Below are positions 28,972 through 40,900 of a stretch of DNA of 64,000 nt, in pieces. The number at the start of each line of letters is the position of its first letter. Within the stretch, counting starts at the first letter, position 1. Location: contig CM082590.2 of NCBI GenBank assembly GCA_040954595.2, positions 8,743,764 through 8,807,763 on the forward strand, given 5' to 3'. The notes under the pieces are model-generated. The model was not told the DNA's origin and ran no database searches. It saw only the letters and a list, made by a program, of their open reading frames with translations. Source of the stretch: Balanoglossus misakiensis. Its lineage: Eukaryota > Animalia > Hemichordata. The position numbers and the translations under genes were made by a program.

Positions 28972-31900
28972 ATGATGGGCAATTTTTGTTGTAAGAAAAC
29001 CAGGGCTTCCCAGAAATATGAAGAGCCACAGGTAAGTGCTTAGTGACCAGTTGAACTGAAGTTATGGGCATCAGCCTTAATTGCTGCTATTAGTCTGTGT
29101 GGAAGAGGAAAATGGTAAAGAGCACTAACAAGATTGTCAGTATACTGAAATTATGCATGATTCCAGTGCTTTGAAGCATTTGATGGACAAAATGCCGTAA
29201 AGTACATGTATGTCATATCAACACAGCTAAATTGTGATTGTAAAAACTAATTGACAAATAGTCAATGCACTGCAACACTTTAAATGCAGAGTGAAGTGCG
29301 GTTTTATAAATCCAACAGTCGCAAAATTTGCCATTTATATGGCACAATGTTTGTGTTAATATTAACGAAACTGTTTTGACATCTGTGAGTGAGTGAGTGA
29401 ATGAGTGAGAGTGTTAGAGGGTGATGGAGTCAGTTGTCGAGTTGATCACTGAAAATGTAATGTAATGCAAACAGTAATGTGTTGCACTTCATCAGATTGT
29501 GAAACGTAGTATGTCACAGTAATTGTTCATCATGACCATCAGTGTTTTTGCTAAGGATGGGGAACATTGGTAATGGATTTGGGAACCCCGGTAACATTTC
29601 TACAACCCCCTAATATTTATTGATACACCCAGGGGAAGTTCCGAACCCCGGTAAAATGACTGGGGAACTCCGGTAGATTTTACCTAGGTATCGCCCTTAA
29701 CCAAAACACTGACCATGATTTTATTGACTAGAATGTGTGACTGTGTGCTGGACACTTTCATACTTTGTGGAATGTTGTTGTTCAATGGCATTTAAGTGGT
29801 TACCAGGGTTTTAAGCTTTTGGTGTGTTTTGGGGATATTTCAGGTACACCCAACAGACAGTGAATCTGATGAGGGAACAACGGCTTTGCAGGAATATAAA
29901 GACCCACAGGTAAGTGACTTTTGAACTGAAGTTAGTCAGCTGTTTGCACTATTGAAAAATAGTCTGATCCTGCAAGGGGAAGTTTTTAACATCAAATTGT
30001 AACGTTAATAGGTGTTTCAGAATAAAGTATACTGAGATTTTTCGTGATGCCACTATACTGTTTTTGATGGACAAAATACTTTGTGTTTTGGGGATATTTC
30101 AGGTACACCTAACGGACTGTGGATCTGGTTCAGGAACAACAGCTTGGCAGGAACATAATGACCCACAGGTAAGTGACTGTTGAACTGAAGTTATGGGCAG
30201 CTAGCGTGTGCTAGAGGAAATATTGTCTGTCTGATTGAGAGGAAAACTTTAAATTGTAACACACAGTACGTGTTTCAGAATAATGTCTTTCAGTATGCTG
30301 AGATTATTCATCATTCCATTGCAATCTGTTTTATTTTGGTGAAGAATAATCATGGCATAATGTTTAGCAATTGTGTGATGTCATCTTTTTATCCACGGTG
30401 ACATCACAGTTTAATTGTTTTCACAATTCTTCATCAATGACGATTTCAATGTTTTCCTATAATATTACTGCTGTTTATGATTTCATATTGAGCATATTTA
30501 AAAAAACAAACAAGTGATGTCTGTTGATTGTTACAGCTTCTCATCAATGCCGCAAGGGATGGTGACATTGCAATGATCCAGTCGCTGAAAGCTCAGGGAG
30601 CTGATGTTAAGATACAAAACAAGGTAAATATTAACCTGACTTCTAGAGGTTAATTCTAATCAATATACAAACATTTGTTTGTTTGTTTATTTGTTTAAGG
30701 AAACCTCACATTACATTTCAATTTTTGTGACATTGTTCTCATGCTCCTCCTTCATTACTTACAGAATGGAAACACACCTTTGCACTATGCAGCAAGGTAT
30801 GGCAGTGAAGGCCGAGTCGGATTGTTATTGGAGCGCAAAGCTGATGCTAACATACAAAACAAGGTAAATACCAACCTGACTCCTACAGGTTAATTCTACT
30901 CTGATCGACAGACAAACATTTTGTTTGTTTGTTTGTTTAAGGAATCCTCACATTGCATTTAATTTTTTGTGACAATATTCTCATGCTCCTCCTTCATTAC
31001 TTACAGGATGGAGACACACCTTTGCACTATGCAGCAAGGTATGGCGATGAAGGCCGTGTCAGATTGTTATTGGAACACAAAGCTGATGTAACCATACAAA
31101 ATAAGGTAAATACCAACCTGACTCCTACAGGTTAATTCTAATCAACATACAAACATTTGTTTTTTTTTTTTTTTTATTTATTTAAGGAGACCTCACAATA
31201 CATTTCAATTTTGTGACATTATTCTCATGCTCCTCCTTCATTACTTACAGAATGGACACACACCTTTGCACTTCGCAGCAGCAAGGTATGGCAGTGAAGG
31301 CCGTGTCAGATTGTTGTTGGAACACAAAGCTGATGCTAACATACAAAACAAGGTAAATACCAACATGACTTATACAGGTTAATTCTTATCTGATCGACAT
31401 ACAAACATTTTGTTTGTCTGTTTGTTTGTTTGTTTGTTTGTTTAAAGGAAACCTCATAGCATATATGAATTGTTGTGACATTGTTCTCATGCTCCTCCTT
31501 CATTACTTACAGGATGGAAATGCACCTTTGCACTCTGCAGCAAGGTTTGGTGATGAAGGCCGTGTCAGATTGTTATTGGAACACAAAGCTGATGTTAACA
31601 TACAAAACGCGGTAAATACCAACCTATAATTCTAATCAACATACAAACAATTATATGCCTATTTGTTTGGTAATTTTTTTTTTTTTAAAGGAAACCTCAC
31701 ATTACATTTCAATTTTTGTGACATTGTTCTCATGCTCCTCCTTCATTACTTACAGAATGGAGACACACCTTTGCACTATGCAGCAAGGTCTGGTGATGAA
31801 GGCCGTGTCCGATTGTTATTGGAACACAAAGCTGATGTTAACATACAAAACAAGGTAAATACCAACCTGACTCCTACAGGTTAATTCTACTCTGATCGAC

Positions 31901-34900
31901 ATACAAACAATTTGTTTGTTTATTTGTTTAAGGAAACCACACATTACCGTTAAAGTTATTTTATAAGTTGCAGTGGTATTATAAGTCGCACCCCTTCTTT
32001 GAAAGACTTGTTTGGGAGGAGATTTTAAGGAAATGAATACAACAGAACATTGGTATTATAAGTCGCACCCCCTTTTCGGCACACACTGTCACCCAAAAAA
32101 GGCGCGTCAATTTTTGTGACATTGTTCTCATGCTCCTCCTTCATTACTTACAGAATGGAAACACACCTTTGCACATTGCAGCAGGGTGGGGTAATAAAGG
32201 CCGTGTCAGAATGCTATTGGAACACAAAGCTGATGCTACCATACAAAACGCGGTAAATACCAACCTATAATTCTAATCAACATACAAACAATTATATGCC
32301 TATTTGTTTGGTAATTTTTTTTTTTAAAAGGAAACCTCGCATTACATTTAAATTTTTGTGACATTGTTCTCATGCTCCTCCTTCATTACTTACAGAATGG
32401 AGACACACCTTTGCACTTTGCAGCAAGGTCTGGTGATGAAGGCCGTGTCCGATTGTTATTGGAACACAAAGCTGATGTTAACATACAAAACAAGGTAAAT
32501 ACCAACGTGACTTCTGCAAGTTGATGGAAGTAACATTGAAATGTGTTTATTTGTTTGTTTGTTTATTTGTCTATCTGTCTGTTTGTTTGTTTGTTTTTTT
32601 GTTTGTTTGTTTTTCAGTCAGTTTTGTTTGTTTAAGAAAATCCCCACAGTACATTTAAATTTTTTTGACATTATTCTCATGCTCCTCCTTCATTACTTAC
32701 AGGATGGAGACACACCTTTGCACTATGCAGCAAAGTATAGCGATGAAGGCCGTGTCAGATTGCTATTGGAACACAAAGCTGATGTTAAGATACAAAACAA
32801 GGTAAATATTAACCTGACTTCTGGAGGTTAATTCTAATCAATATACAAACATTTGTTTGTTTGTTTTGTTTATTTATTTAAGGAGTCGTGACCTCACTGT
32901 ACATTTAAATTTTTTTGACATTATTCTCATGCTCCTCCTTCATTACTTACAGAAAGAAGACACACCTTTGCACCTTGCAGCAGGATCTGGTGATGAAGGC
33001 CGTGTCAGATTGTTATTGGAACACAAAGCTGATGTTAACATACAAAATGAGGTAAATACCAACGTGACTTCTACAGGTTAATTCTAATCAACATACAAAC
33101 ATTTGTTTGTTTTGTTTTTTTATTTATTTAAGGAGACCTCACAATACATTTCAATTTTGTGACATTATTCTCATGCTCCTCCTTCATTACTTACAGGATG
33201 GAGACACACCTTTGCACTTTGCAGCAAGGTATGGCGATGAAGGCCGTGTCCGATTGTTATTGGAACACAACGCTGATGTTAACATACAAAACAAGGTAAA
33301 TACCAACATGACTTCTGCAAGTTGATGGTAATCAACATAGAAATTTGTTTGTTTGTCTGTTTTGTTTGTTTGTTTGTCAGAAAGTTTTGTTAGTTTATGA
33401 AAATCCCCACAGTACATTTCAATTTTGTGACATTGTTCTCATGCTCCTCCTTCATTACTTACAGTGTGGAGACACACCTTTGCACTATGCAACAAGGTAT
33501 AGCGATGAAGGCCGTGTCAGAATGTTATTGGTACACAAAGCTGATGCTAACATACAAAACAAGGTAAATACCAACATGACTTATACAGGTTAATTCTTAT
33601 CTGATCGACATACAAACATTTTGTTTGTCTGTTTGTTTGTTTGTTTGTTTGTTTAAAGGAAACCTCATAGCATATATGAATTGTTGTGACATTGTTCTCA
33701 TGCTCCTCCTTCATTACTTACAGGATGGAAATGCACCTTTGCACCTTGCAGTAGGATCTGATGATGAGGGCCGTGTCAGAATGCTATTGGAACACAAAGC
33801 TGATGCTACCATACAAAACGCGGTAAATACCAACCTATAATTCTAATCAACATACAAACAATTATATGCCTATTTGTTTGGTAATTTTTAAATAATAACA
33901 CATGATAGCGAGGGCAATATCACGATTTGAAGCCTGCACGAGGGATGGTGATCTCTGACTATAATATTGATGATGCCCGAGCCGCAGGCGAGGGTATCAT
34001 CAATATTGTGGTCAGAGATCACCAGCCCGAGAGCAGGCTTCAAATCGTGATGTTGCCCGAGCATCATGTGTTATTAATTTTATTACACCGAACATTTGAA
34101 CGTACATACAAGGCAGGCATAGAAGAACGTAGACACGCGTCCATATGTCGTACGTTGCTGAGAATGTAAAATGTCTCGATCTCCCAAGAATTATACGATA
34201 CCTACTTCGAACTTAGATTATTTTCAAAATACTGCACTGTTGGTTGCGATTTTGTTGTATTTACTGTCCGTTTGTGGTAAAATATCGTCCAGTTGAACAG
34301 GTGTTAAGCCTATGTGTCGCTTTGAAGCCATAGATGCGGGAGTTGACTGATCGTGGAGGAAGCCATTGAACGACAGTTTGGAACGCGCAGAAGTCGCGCG
34401 CAGAACACAAAACAACCCAGCGGGCAATATCAGCGCACGCGACAGGGCTTTATCAACTCTAGCCATGTTATATCACTTTTTTTTCTATATCACGTGAGCG
34501 CGTCTCAGCCAATCACGAATATGGTATAATACGTGAGGTGTAATAATTTTTTTTAAAAGGAAACCTCGCATTACATTTAAATTTTTGTGACATTGTTCTC
34601 ATGCTCCTCCTTCATTACTTACAGAATGGAGACACACCTTTGCACTTTGCAGCAAGGTCTGGTGATGAAGGCCGTGTCCGATTGTTATTGGAACACAAAG
34701 CTGATGTTAACATACAAAACAAGGTAAATACCAACGTGACTTCTGCAAGTTGATGGAAGTAACATTGAAATGTGTTTATTTGTTTGTTTGTTTATTTGTC
34801 TATCTGTCTGTTTGTTTGTTTGTTTTTTTGTTTGTTTGTTTTTCAGTCAGTTTTGTTTGTTTAAGAAAATCCCCACAGTACATTTAAATTTTTTTGACAT

Positions 34901-37900
34901 TATTCTCATGCTCCTCCTTCATTACTTACAGGATGGAGACACACCTTTGCACTATGCAGCAAAGTATAGCGATGAAGGCCGTGTCAGATTGCTATTGGAA
35001 CACAAAGCTGATGTTAACATACAAAATGAGGTAAATACCAACGTGACTTCTACAGGTTAATTCTAATCAACATACAAACATTTTTTTTTTTTTTTTTTTA
35101 TTTATTTAAGGAGACCTCACAATACATTTCAATTTTGTGACATTATTCTCATGCTCCTCCTTCATTACTTACAGGATGGAGACACACCTTTGCACTATGC
35201 AGCAAGGTATGGCGATGAAGGCCGTGTCCGATTGTTATTGGAACACAACGCTGATGTTAACATACAAAACAAGGTAAATACCAACATGACTTCTGCAAGT
35301 TGATGGTAATCAACATAGAAATTTGTTTGTTTGTCTGTTTTGTTTGTTTGTTTGTCAGAAAGTTTTGTTAGTTTATGAAAATCCCCACAGTACATTTCAA
35401 TTTTGTGACATTGTTCTCATGCTCCTCCTTCATTACTTACAGTGTGGAGACACACCTTTGCACTATGCAACAAGGTATAGCGATGAAGGCCGTGTCAGAA
35501 TGTTGTTGGTACACAAAGCTGATGCTAACATACAAAACAAGGTAAATACCAACATGACTTATACAGGTTAATTCTAATCAGCATATAATCATTTGTTTGT
35601 TTGTTTGTTTGTTTGTTTGTTTAAAGGAAACTTCACATTACATTTCAATTTTTGTGACATTGTTCTCATGCTCCTCCTTCATTACTTACACTTACAGATT
35701 GGAGACACACCTTTGCACATTGTAACAAGGTATGATGATGAAGGCTGTGTCAGATTGTTATTGGAACACAAAGCTGATGCGAATATACATAACAAGGTAA
35801 ATTCCAACATGACTTCTACAGGTTAATTCTAATAAGTGTTACCCGGTAGTTGTTACGTAGGTTAAGTTTGGGATTGTTTCTTGTGACCAGGTGTATTTGT
35901 TGTTTACTTTCGTTATTTGAATATTTGCATGACGAGGTGTGATATACTACTCAGACTTAACGCTGTCACGATGTTGTCGCGTCCTTCGTCTAAACTATGG
36001 AACTTTTTGTGGGACATTGGACTTGATCATTTAAATTTCCACACCTGGTCACACTCAAAGATAGTCACTTATTTTTGTGCATTTTCAGTGTGCAGTGTTT
36101 AATGTTTAATTATTACTTTATTTACTATAATTTAAATTTACCATAATTAAGGTATTACCGCTGTTGTTTGACTGTTGACCATCTTTGTTGCGTGCAGCGC
36201 TGTTTATTTTATTTTAAAATGAGCCATTCAGGCAGTCCGATTTGTTTACTGCCCTGTTTCGGCATTGAATAGCTAGGGTGTCGTAACATTACATAAAGCT
36301 GATGCTAACATTCAAAACAAGGTAAATACCAATACAGAAACAAATACAGTCGAACGCGGATAATCCGAACCTGCTGGGCGGGTTAGATTTAGTTTGGATG
36401 ATTGATTGTTCAGATAATTGATATTAGCACGTCTGAACAAAGGAAATTGACCACACCATTGGGGCATGCGTATGTTTTGATGTTTCCCACATGCACATGC
36501 ATTTTCCATGCACTCACAAAAAGAAGTTAATAAAATAACATGTATTAAGAGTTCGAAAGTTGAAAAGAAAAAAGACGAAGTCAAAGCTGCAATACTCTGA
36601 TCCATTCAACATCGTATGCGTTATGGTCATCGTACCAAACCATGAACGTGCGTAAGCCTTCCATGGCCACGGCAGAATTCACTAGAGCTGGTGTCCCATG
36701 CTCTTTATCGTTCTCATTTTCATGCCATGAGTTTATTTCTGAGAAACAAAGTCGGTGATTTCATCTTACGTTATCATTTCGAAGCTGTCATAGTTCTCGC
36801 TAGTCTCCAAATCTTCGCTGTCAGTGGCATTCAAACCGCACAAAACAAGCTCTCCGCACGAGGTCACTTCTGCAAGTGACAACTTGGCTGTCATTCATAT
36901 TGGTGCTGCCATAGTCACCGGCCGCGACCCGACACGCCTTCACTGTATCGCGGCTGTCCATGCGTTTGAAACGCTGTGTCTTTGATGTTGAAACCTCTGA
37001 CAATGTCCACCGTCCGCTCGCACGGGTCTAAGACGGGCGATATCATCCAACCCATGGCTTTCATTTGTATTATCAAAGACGGTGCTAAGCTTATTTCCAA
37101 GATTGACCAAGATTTTTACGTGTTTTACACTCGAGTGTGAAATCCTAGTGTCAAATGGTACGATACACGAAAGTGTGACACTCTGTTGTCGTAAAATGAT
37201 TGAAATATTCAATGATAAAAACGTTCTTAACACGTCCTGCCGCCCTTTACAACTGAAACAATTAGAACTGATGGTCTAAATTGTCAGTTTTTCTGCGGAA
37301 ATGTCACAGACCGCCGAGAGTACAGGTGCTTGGCCTGGCTAACTTAATGTTCAGGGACTGTACGTACCAAAGCGTTCGGATAAACGGTGTCCGGATAATC
37401 GGCGTTCGACTGTACTTGACTGTTTATTTTTATCTCTTTATTTATTTTTTTCATATAGGGAAACCCTTCATGTAATTGATGCTAATATACTGTAGAAATC
37501 TTTCATTACTGAAACTATGGACACCTTTACAATATGCAGCAATGAATACAGTGTCAGATTGTTGTTGGATCTCAAATCAAACTGTGGATGTACCCGTATT
37601 CATAGTCAGTTTCATTCTAGTACAATGATCATGTTTTTTTTAAGACATTTATGTAGAAATCGTTATTGTAAAGAAGATATGGTGACAGTTTTAGATTACT
37701 CTTTCAGTTCATCTTTCAACAAACTGAAACTAAAAAGCCTATTTAGAGGAGATACCAACCACTATGGTTTCCTCATTTTGGAGTTTTGTTTTGCGTCCTT
37801 TGCAACCACTACCACCACCATTGTAAGTTGGTACTGCAGGTATGTTTTGCGGCACTGTTTATACGCACCTATTATAGTCCCGATCTTGCTGTATCTCTTA

Positions 37901-40900
37901 CATGAAGTAATTGCTTTTGTTTTTTTTGCACAGGATGGCAACACAGCACTCCACATAGCAGCAATGAGCAGCTCTTGGAGACGGGATTATGTTGTGAAAC
38001 TGTTGCTGCAATATGGAGCTGATATTGACTGCAAAAATAAGGTACAATCTTCTGTTGCTTATTGCAATATTTTATTCTGTTTCACTGACACCATGCATTC
38101 TGATTAACTCAACCCATTTTTAAAGTTGAATCTTCACAACCATTGAATTTGAAATTCAGTTTGTATGAGTGTACAATTTTGAATTATCAGTTGGTAATAC
38201 CTGTTTTAACAGTTATTAATAATAGTATTAGCTTATCAATATCAACATCATAATTGATAGTTACTTCTATCCCAATAAAATTTAGACTGGAAAGACACCA
38301 CTTGATGTTGCAAGTTGGTCTGTTCAGGTTGTGCTGTTGGATTACATTAGGGTGAGTGTAATTTTTTGGGGGTCATGAATTTGAATAATTTATAACCTGA
38401 AATATGCAAATTCTTATGTACCCTGCATTAAGAGTGTCCATAAATATCAATGTAATAATTTGTTACATGTATTTTCTGATTTCTTTATTTAACAAGAAAC
38501 GAGATGAGTTCAGTGACCTGATGACGGAATCAGGTATGGAATGTGACACTTTTAAGTTGTTCTTCGCTGGAGATGGTGGAGTTGGTAAGACTACACTGTT
38601 GAAGTCACTTCAGAGGGTATGTTGATATTTATTGTTTTGCGCAACAGTTCTAGTAAGCCATAACATTCACATTGTAGTATGTATGGTGCATATTAGAAAA
38701 CTACTACAGGTACAAATATGGATAATTTAATATACACATAGTTGATGAAATTTCATTGTTTTGTGAAGATATTTTGTGCTGGCATTATGGAGTTCACAGG
38801 ATAAACTCTTCATTGCATTTTTATTTTTCCAATCATTGTATGAGGGAGGAGTTGAGGTTGTATTTCATTTGTTCTTTGTGTTTTAATTACCCATGGCCTT
38901 TGAAAAGGGAATATTGTAGTCGTGCACACATTGCACAGCTATGCTTTTGTCTACAAGCATATTGTGCACTTCAGTGTAGACGTTTGTACAATTTTATAAT
39001 TCACAATCAAGTACTATAAAACGGGTTATTTTCGCGAGCAATAAATTTTCGTGAAATACGCGAGAGCCAAAAATACGTGAACATAAAAGTCACGTAAAAA
39101 TGTTTTTTCGGAGATTTGCCTCTTTTGATATCGCGAAAAATTCCTGTCGTGAAAATAACCCGTTTTACAGTATGGTCATACACAAAGACAAAAAATAACT
39201 AGAAATTGTTTTCTTTCACTTTGCCTTATCAAAGAGTGAAGAAACAACTCTGGAATCTGAAGAAAGTGAACACATTCCCACACCTGGTATTGATGTCCAA
39301 AGTGTTCATATTCCTGATGTAGGAAATGCCAGTGTTTGGGATTTTGCCGGCCAGGCTGAGTATTACGTCACTCATAACATGTTTCTGGGAGCACCCAATG
39401 CTGTCTCCATATTGGTGTTCAAAGCTACAGACGAGAATGGTCAACTCAACACCTTTGAACGTGTGTTCAAGGAGGTAAGAATCTTCACAGTAAATTAACT
39501 AAACATGCTTGAGACTGGAAGTCCATATGTATTGTATCATTTATTACTTTCCATCCCCCAAAGCAGAAGAAACTGACAATTCCCAAAATATCAATTCTTG
39601 AATTATTATCTCATATTCATGATCCCTTCAAATTTGCCTCAGAATTAATATAATATTTAATTATACAAATATTCTCATTGGTAGATTTTGTTTTGGTTGC
39701 GGTTTCTGAAAGGAACAACCCACATGGACAGGTATTCATTCGATGAGCCCGGTGAAGGATACAAGAAACCAGTGGTGATATTGGTTGCAAGTCGAGCTGA
39801 TCAGTTGAAGAGGGTGGATATGGCTCTAGGTTGGTGTTGTCAGCTCATGCAAATACTGTACAATGTCAAGCTCATTGTAACATGTGTTGTTCAACTGTTG
39901 ATAAATTGATCGATAGTGAGAAGAACATGTATAGTTGTTGGACATGTCAAAGTTCGAAAAAAGCAACCAGCTATTACTGTGTCCATTTTAAGCATTAGCT
40001 AGCTGTCACTAAGAAAAAGATTCACAGCTGAACTTTATGCCTTACTTTCTGCAAATCGAATTATGCAGCAATTAGATTTGTGTTATAATTTCACAGCTCG
40101 TCATATGCTAGACGAAGTTCTGACAAGAGCACAGGAAATGTTTCAAGATTATTTGGACATCTGCACTAATGACATATTTCTGGTGAATTGCCGTGATTCT
40201 ACAGACAGTAAAATGAAGCAAGTCCGCGCCTGTTTACATCAGAAAAAAGTAATAATATTTTGCTGTTGTCAATATTGCCTCTGAATTGTTCTACCTTTAT
40301 AAACACTCTATTAATTTCAGTTACCATACAATTACAAGATTCAGTTTCATGCCTCCACCTTGAAAAAATGCAAAGACTCAAAGTGTTGGCAACATACTAC
40401 CAATGTATGTTTGATGACCCTTGCTTAAGCACCACTTGCAAATGATTAGGTTACATATTTATCCAATTTTAGGAGCCACCAAAATGTGAACTGTTTCAAA
40501 ATGTAACATAACATAGTCACATTTAACAAATATGTGATTACCTCCTTGTGTTTCATTCATCACTTGTGAGACTTGCTTGACAAGTTATGCTGTTATTTAA
40601 TATTTCTTGTTGTAATTTTTAGACAGTAAAAACACTTCCAAGCGTGTGTACCAAGATAATGGAAAAGAAGAGGGAATTATATGACGACTTCCCAGCTCTT
40701 TATTGGATAGAATATGTGGCAAGAATCAAAGAAATATACCCCACGATTGACGAAAGGTTCTTACAAAAAGCCACCAACTATCTGCATGACATAGGAGAGG
40801 TCAGTAACAATAAAGACCCAACGTGTTGCTCATCCATTCTCTTTCAGTACATATACTAGGCTGAGTGAATGTGATATTTCCATCAGTTACAAATTATTTT

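Larger units (their letters stand above)
30765..35796 (+). repeat. Tandem array of 17 single-ankyrin-repeat exon+intron cassettes
   Basis: Exons start at 30765, 31007, 31251 (102 nt), 31513, 31756, 32154, 32396, 32703, 32953, 33197, 33465, 33724, 34625, 34932, 35175, 35443, 35698; otherwise 99 nt, all phase 0. Consensus xGDTPLHxAAxxGDEGRVRLLLEHKADVNIQNK; shared acceptor TTCTCATGCTCCTCCTTCATTACTTACAG and donor GTAAAT. Confidence 0.97.

Noticed and set aside
30765-35796. CRISPR-like or signal-peptide reading of the repeated 'CDIVLMLLLHYLQ' ORF starts
   Set aside because: These peptides are the translated polypyrimidine tract and acceptor of the repeated intron; the repeats are spliceosomal ankyrin cassettes, not repeat-spacer arrays
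37517-38107. 196-aa ORF as a standalone gene
   Set aside because: Only 37934-38041 is a real ankyrin exon; the rest is intron that happens to be open
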